In this document: positions 1 through 8,806 of the stretch, piece by piece
Layout of the letters: every line of letters begins with the position of its first letter
Numbering within the stretch: position 1 is the first letter of the stretch
DNA from: Blastocystis sp. subtype 4
Lineage: Eukaryota
Length of the DNA stretch: 20,000 nt
Reading direction: 5' to 3'
Assembly: GCF_000743755.1 (NCBI RefSeq)
Contig: NW_014569529.1
Location: forward strand, 53,217-73,216
Notes under the pieces: generated by a model
Told to the model about the DNA's origin: nothing
Seen by the model: the letters and a program-made list of their open reading frames with translations, nothing else
The model's database searches: none
Translations under genes and position numbers: made by a program

Positions 1-3000
1 GAAGACTGTACGGAAGGAGCTCTTTATTCTCCTCTGGTAGTATCGCGTGATATGACGGTGGCGGTGTATCCGATTGTGGGAGGTGAGAAGAAGCTGTGTA
101 TTGAGATGCTGGTGTACGGCAACAAGGTGTGGCACGAAGCAGATCATCTTCCTATCCTTGTACGTGATATCCTTCCTGGCGAGCATGTGGCTATCAAGGG
201 AGTGGAGCACGTCTTCAATGTGACGGGTACGATTGGTGCTGTGTTGAATCGTGGCGATCAGATATTGTTCACGACGAGTGAAGCTGTGGTGGATTCAGAT
301 TGTATGAGCTATGCTGTCAACGAGCGTATCTGTGAAGTGGAGGAGGATGGAACCTTCAAGATGACATTCCTGGAGGCTGGCTTCGGCTTCAAGATGTGTG
401 TGAAGTTCTCTGGATCGAATTCGTTCGTGCTTGCTCGCAATGTGACGGTGGATGTGCTTCATCTGGAGTCTGTTAGCAGACCAATGATTGTGGCTGGTAC
501 GATGAATACTCTGACAGTGGAAGGTGTGGGTCTGGCTGCTGGAGACCGCTTGGCTGTGGTGCCCGTGGGTAATTCATGCCCTACAGATCTGAATTCCTAT
601 TTCGAGGTGACTGGAGAGGAGACACTTACTGCGGACGTGATTGTGCCTACTGCGTTGAATGTGACCTACAAGGTGTGTTACAAGTTCGACCGATACACTA
701 CTCCGATTGCCTATGATTACTTCCTGTCAGTCTTGGATGTGGTAGCGATGACTTCAGAGACGATTGTGCGTCGTGTGCCTGTTATGGTGACCTACAGTGG
801 ACCTGGTATTGGAAACGTGAACTACGAGGTAAGTGCTCTGGATCAGAGTGCTTGGACTGCTGGAGAGTTCACCTCTCTAGTGTCGGAGGGTCAAGCTCGT
901 TTGGTAACGATGCCTGTGAGCTTCACTGTGACAATGTCGGAAACGAAGTTTGTGGAGGAAATTGCTCTTCGTGTGATTCCTGGAGCTGCTGGTCAGGTGT
1001 TGCCTCGTCCTTCGATTGCTGTGAGTTACATGTTCCATGGCTATGAGATTGAAGCAGAGTGTATGGTGACTGATGAGGAGAATGTGTTGACGGCATCATG
1101 CTTACCATTCGCTACAGACAACATGAAGGTTACCTTGACATCTGAGTCTACTGAGAACTATGCTGTGTCGCAATTCCTTGTGAAGGGAAGCAATCTGGAG
1201 GATAATGCATTCGTGTACTATCTGCCCGATAGCGAAGACGTGGATTGCACACAGGATCCTCCTGAATTCTATCCTGTGAGTCTGGCGACTGGAGAGGCTC
1301 TGTTAGTCTTCAGTGAGTTCGGTGCTATGAAGGCTTGCTTCCGCTTTGGTGGCTCGTTGTATGTGGAGCGTAGAAGTGTCCGTGCCGATGTGAACTTTGC
1401 CTATGTTGCAGATGTGTTGGTGTCGACTGTGGTAGTAGGTGACACTGAGAGCAAGGAGGTGACATTCTCGGGTCTGGGCATGTCAGAATATGATGAGTTC
1501 AAGGTGGTGTATGAGTCGTGTTCAGAGCCTGCTGTTGCGAATATGGAGGCGAATGTGGATAAGCATGGAGATAAGTTCGTTGCTCGTGTGAGACTCGATT
1601 CTTCGGATTATGATACGGTCCATCTGTGTTACCGCTTCAGTTCGAGTAAGTACTATCTGGTTCCTCAGATTCTGCCGGAGGCTGAAGAGATTCCTTTCAC
1701 GATGAGTGTGAAGGATGTGAAGACATTCGAGGGTATGCCTGGTTTCGGTACTGCGATGTTGGTATCAGTAACGAAGCAATATGTTGTGGGTGGTTTCGGT
1801 ATTTCGGATCAGGACAATGTGGTGTTCCGCAAGAACAGCTGTGATAACCTTGAGAGTTCTTTCAATGTGTTTAGTGGTAAAGTTGAGGTGCAGATAGATG
1901 AGCCGGGCGTGTACTACATGTGCTACCGCTTTAATGGAGAGCATTTCGTGATGTTCCCTAGTCATTCCATTCGTGTTGCTCAAGTAATCAGTGTTGAACC
2001 TCGTTATGTTGTGATTAATGAGGAGAACGAGGTGGAGATGCGTGGTGCTACCTTGATTGCTGATGATAAGTTCGGATTCACTCAGTCAGCCTCGTCTACT
2101 TGTGTGATGGTTTCTTCGGAGTTGAATGAAGATCTGGTGACCTTAGTCCATACTTTCAACGGACTTGGCGAGTTCAAGATGTGTGTGAAGCTGGATGGTG
2201 ATAATACTCCTTACGTAGTGAGCAATGTGGTGATAACTGTCTTGGCTAGTCATGAGGTGGAGCTAGTGGAGCATACAACGTTCCCTGTGACGACGATTGA
2301 GGAGCGTGATAAACACACTGTGACTATCCACTCCAAGACTGTGCACAAGGATGATAAGGTGAAGTTTGTTAAGGAGAGTTGTGATGAGGATGCAGTGGTG
2401 TACAGTGTGACTTGTGGAGATTTGAAGGCAAACGTGGAAGCTGTGTTCAGTGAGAAGGTGCCTCAACTTCACGTGTGCTATAAGTTCCGTAAGCTGTCTG
2501 ATTATATCATGACAAACTTCACAATTACTCTGTTGTATGTGGAGAGTGTGGAACCTGAGTATGTGATCCGTGAGGTGGATTCTCTGTTGTGGTTCACAGG
2601 TGAGGGTCTGAGCAACGGAAGAGTGCGTTTGGCTAAGAACGATTTGTGCACGGAGAAGGTGAGCGATGAAGCCATTCACGAGAATCTGGAGGGTCTGTAT
2701 GCAGAGATGAATGTGGCTGACATGGATTCTACAGTATACTTGTGTGTGAAGTACAGTGCTTACAATGAGAATTATCACTACACTGGTCATATTCTGGAGG
2801 TGTATGGTCTGGAGGAGGTGTCTGTGAGCAAGTGGTTAGTGAATCTGAGCTTACCTTCTTCCGAGTCCATCAATACTGAAGGACTGATTCTCACGGGACG
2901 TGGTCTGGATCAGGCAGATGTGAAGCTGGTGCGTTCCAACCGCGACTGCATGGCTCTGGGTACCCTGTTGACTGTGGCCCTGATGAATGGTACGGAGTTG

Positions 3001-6000
3001 AATAAGTTCGTGGCAGAGCCATTCGTGATTGAGCAGCCTGGAGACTACAGATTCTGTGTGCGCTTCGGTGAGAGTCGTTTCGTGTCGTACGATCACATTC
3101 CGTTCACGGTGGAGGCTTATAATGTTGGTATTGAGGACTCGACAGGTTTGGTGTCGTTGGTGAAGGGTGACGAGGATACCAGCAAGAATGTGACTTTCAC
3201 TGGTGCTGTGGAGTACTACCGCGAGATGGAAGTGAAGCTGGTGGATGGAGAGAACTGTAACGCTGAGCCTGTGACTAGCATTGAGGTGAATGTGATGGGA
3301 CATGTGGCGGAGCTGACGGCAACGTCGGGTCTGGAGTCTCCTCTGCGTTTCTGTGTGAAGACAGAGGATAGCTGGCACTACATGTCTAGCTTCCAGTTGT
3401 ATGTGAAGGAGTTAACGGAAGTGGCTCTGGGAGACGAGAAGGATGTGTTGAAGGTGACTGACGGTCGTTATGTTGTGACACTGAGTGGATTCCATGTGGG
3501 AGCTGGTGATATGTTGAAGTATGTCCCTGTGGGAGACGATTGTTCGGTGGCCTCAGTGCTGACCTATGCTATTGGTTCAAGTCACAGCGCAGAATTGCTG
3601 ATTCAGTCAACACTGTCCGAGTCAGCGTATGAGTTGTGCTACAGGTTCAGTGGTGAGAGTGTGTACATGAAGTATCCTAGCAAGACACTGAATGTGTATC
3701 TCATTGCCTCGATCCAGCCTGACTACATGGTAGCCTATCAGCCAACTGATCTGGTGATCACTGGACTTGGTCGTGCTTTGGGTGATAAGCTGTGGTTCGT
3801 GTCTGAGGAGTGTGGAGCTGTTCCTGAGGATGCTGTGGAGGTGACTTCTCTGAATAGTGTGACAGTGACGATAACGAATCCTTCAGTCCAGTACATGTGT
3901 TACAACTTCGTTGGCTATGGTACAGTGAAGGTATCTGCTATACCTGTGGTGGTGTACTCGGTGTCTGCCATGTCTCACTCTTCATGGCTTAGTAATGTGG
4001 CTCTGCCTACAGCAGGCTTCACTACGCCTGAGGGTGTGAATACGGCTCTGGTGTTGACTGGTACTCACTTCAGCTTGGACAACCGTGTGAAGTTCGTGAA
4101 GAGTTCTACAAGTTGCAGTGAGGGAGTATCGACGAACCCGATTCAGATGAACACTGTATCTGTGGATGGTACAAGTGCTACGTTGATGACGGTGGAGTTC
4201 CCAGAGGCTGGTGAGTACTATTTGTGTATTGTCCATCACGTTGCTTCCAATCAGTATGTCCACTATGATCATAAGATCACAGTTGTGGAGACAGCAATTG
4301 ATGTGGTGCGTAATGATCCTGTGTTGTTCGTATTGAGCGAGGATCCGATCAGCGACTCTATTACTGTGGAACAGGACTTCCTATCGTATGTGGCTACCTC
4401 TCAGACAGTATATGCGGTGTGGACGGAGTCTACTTGCGATAACTACGTGATGGAGTTCGAGTCTTCACGCTCAGGATCTTCAGTAACCGTGAACTCGGTG
4501 TTTACACGTGCTTATGGAAGTCTGAATCTGTGTCTGCGTTTGCCTGGTTCTGTCTATGTGCCTTCTCGTATTCGCAAGGTGTTCAAGGTGTTCACAGTTT
4601 TGGAGAGTCCAGTGCCTTTCGTGTCAGAAGCGGTGTCGGATGTGACCTTCACAGTCCAGGGTCAGAACCTGAAGGTGGATGATCAGGTGGCCTTCGTTGC
4701 CTCTTCATCTTGCAGTGGTGTGACAGGAGTGACTCTGAACAGTGGTTCTGTAACAGTTCCTCTGGGTACTGCTGCTTCTTCATATCATGTGTGTTACCGT
4801 CTGAGTGAGTTTGGTGAGACTTCATCGTTCCATCTGCTACCTGACTTCACGATCGCCATCTATCAGGTTTTGAGTGTGTATCCAAAGACTTTGGTCCAAG
4901 GACAGACCCAGACCTTCTCATTGACCTTGAAGCAAGGTACTTTGCCAGAGGGTGTGATGGTACGTGTGTTATCTGCTTCAGGTTCATGTACTTCGTTGGC
5001 TGCTGGCGTGGATGCGATTATGACATCATCAACGAACTCAGTGGAGATCACTCCTTCGGATACGACTGTGTTTGATGCGGAGAATCAGCTGTGTGTGCGC
5101 TTGAGTGAGAACTCGCCGTTCTTCTCGTACTCGGGAATGGGTGTACGCTTCGCTCGTGTGATTCCTGTGGATGAGCCTTTGTTCTTGCTGACTAGTGTGG
5201 AGAGTGAAGTAGTATTCTCTGAGCAGGCTCTGGAGACCGATCGCTTCGTATTTGTCCCTGAGACTGGTGCTTGTCCTTCATCAGATATGAATGCTGTGGC
5301 TTTCACGTTGAACGATAAGACAGCCTTGTTCACAGTGGCTACTGGCTTTATGAACTACAAGCTTTGCTATAAGTTCACAGACTCTGTTGGCTACTTCCCT
5401 TATGACAACTATGGTGTACATGTCCTGCCTGTAACCGGTGAGACGATGACAGTAGACGAAGTGAAGCATGTGTTCACAACACTGACAAATTCTCAGAATA
5501 TCGTGTCCTATTTGTTGAAGGCTACGACGGTGGATCCTGCAAAGAGTGACAAGGACACTATTACTAACGCTGCTACTGAGATCGTGTCGCATGATGTGAA
5601 GCATTCGAGTAAGATCTTCCAGGTGATGTATGGAATGAACTATGATATCAACTCGTTCGCTTTGAGTGTCATAGCAACAATGGATGCTAGCAATGTTACT
5701 GATTTCGTGGGATCCTATGCTCAACAGGTGAAGACTGCTTATGATGCTGGTAATGGAGAGCAGCCTCAGACTTTGCTGGTGAGATTGTTGACGAGCAATG
5801 CAGGTAATACGGAGAAGGTGGAAGCTATTCTGGATGGTTGGCGTCAGATGGCTGAGAGCAGTGATGTGGATCTGTCTACGGGTAACACATTCGAATTCAG
5901 TGATGGCAGTGAGGTGACACTGGAGACAGGTAACCGTCGGTTGTTGACGGACAGTGGTAGTGATCTGGTGCGTATCAACCGCTTCGAGTGTGTGATGATC

Positions 6001-6762
6001 GATACAGATATCACAGAGGGATACTGTTACGAAGTGTTGATCAACGGTAAGGTAGATGGACAACTGTCAAGAGACTACTCATTGAAGTACCCGAAGCGTG
6101 ATGCTGATGATGCTGCTTGTGCTTCTAAGAGAGAGATCCAGTCTACTGGTTGGACGATACGCGATGCAGAAGAGGAGAACGACTGTTCGTTCTCGAATGG
6201 AAAGGCAATCCTGACTGGACGAACCTTCGGTGTGGTGACGACATCTCCTAGCAGTCCTGAACCACCTTCTCAGTTGGATACAACGGTGTTAACAGTGTTG
6301 CTGGTTGTTTCAATGATCATCTTCATCGTTCTCTTCATTGGTCTGGGCTACGCTCTGTGGGTGTACGTGCATCCAGCTGAGCCTGTGAATATGGAGGAGA
6401 TGTGGGGAGGCTTCGACGAGGATCGTAAGAAGAATCTGGAGCAGAAGCGTCAGGAGCGTCTGGAGCGCAAACAGAAGTTATTAGAGATGGAGGCGAACTT
6501 CTATTCAAGCGATTCGGATTCGAGCGATGATCAGGGTGGAGAGAATCGGGAGACAATTTATGATGACTTGATGCCACCAGTGGATGAGGGATCTGAAGAT
6601 GAGGAAGACCTTCATGCCAGCTACAATGAGGCTATTCATACTGCGAACGATTCGAGTTTGTATGCCCAGCAAGCTGCCGAGAGTACTGACATTGTCCAGG
6701 AAGAAGAAATGAGGAAGGAGGAAGACTTGGGCGAAGTTCGTAGCTCTGGTTCTCAGCATTAA
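1..6762 (+). CDS. Giant single-pass (type I) cell-surface protein with tandem ~95-aa Cys-paired beta-sandwich (IPT/TIG/Ig-like) repeats; 5'-truncated
   Basis: Frame 1 is open from base 1 (EDCTEGALYSP...) to TAA at 6760-6762 with no introns. About 18 repeats end in [YF]x[LMVF]C[YV][KR]F-type motifs, each preceded by GxG...D...V..C. One hydrophobic helix lies at ~6286-6369 (VLTVLLVVSMIIFIVLFIGLGYALWVYV), followed by a charged coiled-coil and acidic tail. Codon bias is strong (GTG, GAG, AAG). Confidence 0.9.
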   Translation, partial: EDCTEGALYSPLVVSRDMTVAVYPIVGGEKKLCIEMLVYGNKVWHEADHLPILVRDILPGEHVAIKGVEHVFNVTGTIGAVLNRGDQILFTTSEAVVDSDCMSYAVNERICEVEEDGTFKMTFLEAGFGFKMCVKFSGSNSFVLARNVTVDVLHLESVSRPMIVAGTMNTLTVEGVGLAAGDRLAVVPVGNSCPTDLNSYFEVTGEETLTADVIVPTALNVTYKVCYKFDRYTTPIAYDYFLSVLDVVAMTSETIVRRVPVMVTYSGPGIGNVNYEVSALDQSAWTAGEFTSLVSEGQARLVTMPVSFTVTMSETKFVEEIALRVIPGAAGQVLPRPSIAVSYMFHGYEIEAECMVTDEENVLTASCLPFATDNMKVTLTSESTENYAVSQFLVKGSNLEDNAFVYYLPDSEDVDCTQDPPEFYPVSLATGEALLVFSEFGAMKACFRFGGSLYVERRSVRADVNFAYVADVLVSTVVVGDTESKEVTFSGLGMSEYDEFKVVYESCSEPAVANMEANVDKHGDKFVARVRLDSSDYDTVHLCYRFSSSKYYLVPQILPEAEEIPFTMSVKDVKTFEGMPGFGTAMLVSVTKQYVVGGFGISDQDNVVFRKNSCDNLESSFNVFSGKVEVQIDEPGVYYMCYRFNGEHFVMFPSHSIRVAQVISVEPRYVVINEENEVEMRGATLIADDKFGFTQSASSTCVMVSSELNEDLVTLVHTFNGLGEFKMCVKLDGDNTPYVVSNVVITVLASHEVELVEHTTFPVTTIEERDKHTVTIHSKTVHKDDKVKFVKESCDEDAVVYSVTCGDLKANVEAVFSEKVPQLHVCYKFRKLSDYIMTNFTITLLYVESVEPEYVIREVDSLLWFTGEGLSNGRVRLAKNDLCTEKVSDEAIHENLEGLYAEMNVADMDSTVYLCVKYSAYNENYHYTGHILEVYGLEEVSVSKWLVNLSLPSSESINTEGLILTGRGLDQADVKLVRSNRDCMALGTLLTVALMNGTELNKFVAEPFVIEQPGDYRFCVRFGESRFVSYDHIPFTVEAYNVGIEDSTGLVSLVKGDEDTSKNVTFTGAVEYYREMEVKLVDGENCNAEPVTSIEVNVMGHVAELTATSGLESPLRFCVKTEDSWHYMSSFQLYVKELTEVALGDEKDVLKVTDGRYVVTLSGFHVGAGDMLKYVPVGDDCSVASVLTYAIGSSHSAELLIQSTLSESAYELCYRFSGESVYMKYPSKTLNVYLIASIQPDYMVAYQPTDLVITGLGRALGDKLWFVSEECGAVPEDAVEVTSLNSVTVTITNPSVQYMCYNFVGYGTVKVSAIPVVVYSVSAMSHSSWLSNVALPTAGFTTPEGVNTALVLTGTHFSLDNRVKFVKSSTSCSEGVSTNPIQMNTVSVDGTSATLMTVEFPEAGEYYLCIVHHVASNQYVHYDHKITVVETAIDVVRNDPVLFVLSEDPISDSITVEQDFLSYVATSQTVYAVWTESTCDNYVMEFESSRSGSSVTVNSVFTRAYGSLNLCLRLPGSVYVPSRIRKVFKVFTVLESPVPFVSEAVSDVTFTVQGQNLKVDDQVAFVASSSCSGVTGVTLNSGSVTVPLGTAASSYHVCYRLSEFGETSSFHLLPDFTIAIYQVLSVYPKTLVQGQTQTFSLTLKQGTLPEGVMVRVLSASGSCTSLAAGVDAIMTSSTNSVEITPSDTTVFDAENQLCVRLSENSPFFSYSGMGVRFARVIPVDEPLFLLTSVESEVVFSEQALETDRFVFVPETGACPSSDMNAVAFTLNDKTALFTVATGFMNYKLCYKFTDSVGYFPYDNYGVHVLPVTGETMTVDEVKHVFTTLTNSQNIVSYLLKATTVDPAKSDKDTITNAATEIVSHDVKHSSKIFQVMYGMNYDINSFALSVIATMDASNVTDFVGSYAQQVKTAYDAGNGEQPQTLLVRLLTSNAGNTEKVEAILDGWRQMAESSDVDLSTGNTFEFSDGSEVTLETGNRRLLTDSGSDLVRINRFECVMIDTDITEGYCYEVLINGKVDGQLSRDYSLKYPKRDADDAACASKREIQSTGWTIRDAEEENDCSFSNGKAILTGRTFGVVTTSPSSPEPPSQLDTTVLTVLLVVSMIIFIVLFIGLGYALWVYVHPAEPVNMEEMWGGFDEDRKKNLEQKRQERLERKQKLLEMEANFYSSDSDSSDDQGGENRETIYDDLMPPVDEGSEDEEDLHASYNEAIHTANDSSLYAQQAAESTDIVQEEEMRKEEDLGEVRSSGSQH

Positions 6763-6781
6763 GGATGATTGAGAGTTGTAT

Positions 6782-6789
6782 TGTTTGTT
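6782..6789 (+). terminator. TGTTTGTT Blastocystis-type polyadenylation motif for the giant gene
   Basis: Exact TGTTTGTT 19 nt after the TAA. In Blastocystis this motif is reported ~5 nt downstream of the poly(A) site. Confidence 0.8.
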
Positions 6790-6800
6790 TTGAATCATAG

Positions 6801-8429
6801 TTATGAGAGTTTATTACAAACACAGAATGAGATAGATTGTACTAGAGTCTTGAGATCTTCATTGAATGTTTCTAGAATACTATCTGCCTGTTCCTTTGAG
6901 TACAATGCAGCATCTACAGTAATTGTAACCGTAACATGGTCATTGTAACTCATCAAGGTACTGAAAGCATGAAGATCAATAGTAGGAGGTACGGAGAACA
7001 CAATCTCCGACACCCGATTCTCCATAATGAATAGAGATGAAGTCGGTCCAGGTACTGTGGACAAGGAGAGAGAAGCCGTTCTCCTATCGTTCATTCTCTT
7101 TCATTCCCTTACGTGAAGTCAATGTAGATAAAGTCTGCCAGACAGCGTGGTTCCACAGATCCTAAGAAGTTCATGAGATTGTTGATCACCATCAACTCGG
7201 CAGTCGCAAAGCGCTCGTGAATGGTGTTGCGTACTACATCTGCTCGCTCTACAGGATCCACGATGTTCATTGGCATTGGAAGAATACATAGTGTGAGGTC
7301 TATCATTGAAGACAAGACACATTCCAACCCTTGTTTCCAATCAGTGTCTCTCCCACAGCCACAGGTTCAAATATCTTTGAAATAGGTTGCATTGTGCCCC
7401 ATACAAATGCCTATGTAACAAATGAGTGTTCACAAATACATGGACTGGTGTCGTAATGGGTTCAGTGAAATTGCTTGTTCCAAACTTGGCAAATGCTCCT
7501 GTCAAACATGAGATAAGCACATCATTAACAGTATAACCGGCCTTCTTCAATCGCTTCACTTCGTGAATTGGAGTATCCATTGTTCGATACACGATGTGCC
7601 TCGGGGATTGACTGTTCATCTGGGGAGCGGCTTTCAGCGGATTCTTTTTATCGCGAGATGCAAACAGTGTTTTGAAAAACCACTTCACCCAACTTCCCGC
7701 CAATTGACATTTGGAGATCTTCAGAGCCTTTGATTGAGATTTGGTCTTAATGTTGATATCCGTTTTCATGTCTTGTTTTCCTGTGTATTTTAGAAGAAGA
7801 CGCATAATATTCACTCCATCGACGAGTGCATGATGATAACGTAGCAAAAAGCAAGATTTACAACTATCAGACTCAATAACATGAGGAAATACATGTATTA
7901 CCCAGGGAACATGACCCATGTCGATTCGATTCTACTGCTAAGGGATGGAATATAATCCCACATTGATTTGTTGCTCAGAAAAGACTCGAGCATCTTCGAC
8001 TGTTACTGGCTGGTTGTGAACAATGAAATGAGCATCCATATCGATGTCTTCTTCCTTTTCCCTACACATGATCTGTAGCTATAATAACGACAAGTAACTC
8101 CACAGAAGCTTCCGAATAACAAAACGGTGGTTGAATGCCATCTCACTCATGAACCTAAAACTAAGTTACCTATTCATTCTTTACGTGTTATTCCACCATT
8201 CTCGAAAACTATCGGGGTCCAACTCCTTTTCTAGAAAGAGAATACAATGAACTACAGCTGTTGGACAGAACTTCTCACTTGTTAAGTAATTCAAGCTGCT
8301 TCCATCCACCCATTTGACTCCCTATTGGTGATTCCTGAAACTCGTTCCAACTCTACTACGAATTGCCATAACAGCAATAAGCAAAATAAGTAAAGCAGCT
8401 ACCACGATAAGAACAATAGCTGCTGTCAT
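6801..8429 (-). CDS. Wax ester synthase/diacylglycerol O-acyltransferase (WS/DGAT) family protein with N-terminal membrane anchor; multi-exon; true 3' end may be ~6830
   Basis: ATG at 8429 gives MTAAIVLIVVAALLILLIAVMAIRSR. Four exact 30-nt GT-AG introns (8322-8351, 8155-8184, 8062-8091, 7932-7961) splice in frame into the exon with the catalytic HHxxxDG motif (HHALVDG, 7815-7835). Also present are TVNDVLISCLTGAF, LPMP...DPVER and the C-terminal STVPGP...SYNDHVTVTI typical of WS_DGAT_C. Later splice sites were not fully resolved. Confidence 0.88.
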
Positions 8430-8444
8430 TAAGAATAATTAATG

Positions 8445-8466
8445 ACTACGAACTCTTAAGAATTCC
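8445..8466 (-). promoter_or_regulatory. Candidate core-promoter/5'UTR element GGAATTC...AGTTCGTAGT upstream of WS/DGAT
   Basis: The 10-mer AGTTCGTAGT (8454-8445) lies 15 nt before the ATG and is preceded by GGAATTC (8466-8460). The same arrangement occurs upstream of Rab5. Confidence 0.45.
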
Positions 8467-8806
8467 ATGGAAATCGCAATAGCATGTAATGATAAACCAC
8501 TCGGTAGTAGAATACACAACGGCATTCGATGTTGAATTGGTCTGAATGCAATACTATCATTGCTTTCAATGCTTCTTCATTTCCTACATTCATATTTTGA
8601 TACCGAGTCTGTAACACCATATGATACTGAAACTAGGTTCGTGGCGTTTATCATTAATTTACTATCATTTTCGCTACGTAGATCATTGGAACATATCAAA
8701 AATGATTCAGATAGGTTATTGATATAACTCATGTAAACTCATTCTCTCTTTCGTTGTTGATAGATAGCAATATCTATCTTACCAGCGTGATTAAGGAATC
8801 TGCGTC

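Noticed and set aside
852..6823. Antisense and alternate-frame ORFs over the giant gene (e.g. 2263-2790, 2851-3378, 5281-6063)
   Set aside because: His/Leu-rich shadow ORFs produced by the sense gene's GTG/GAG codon bias. No recognisable motifs.
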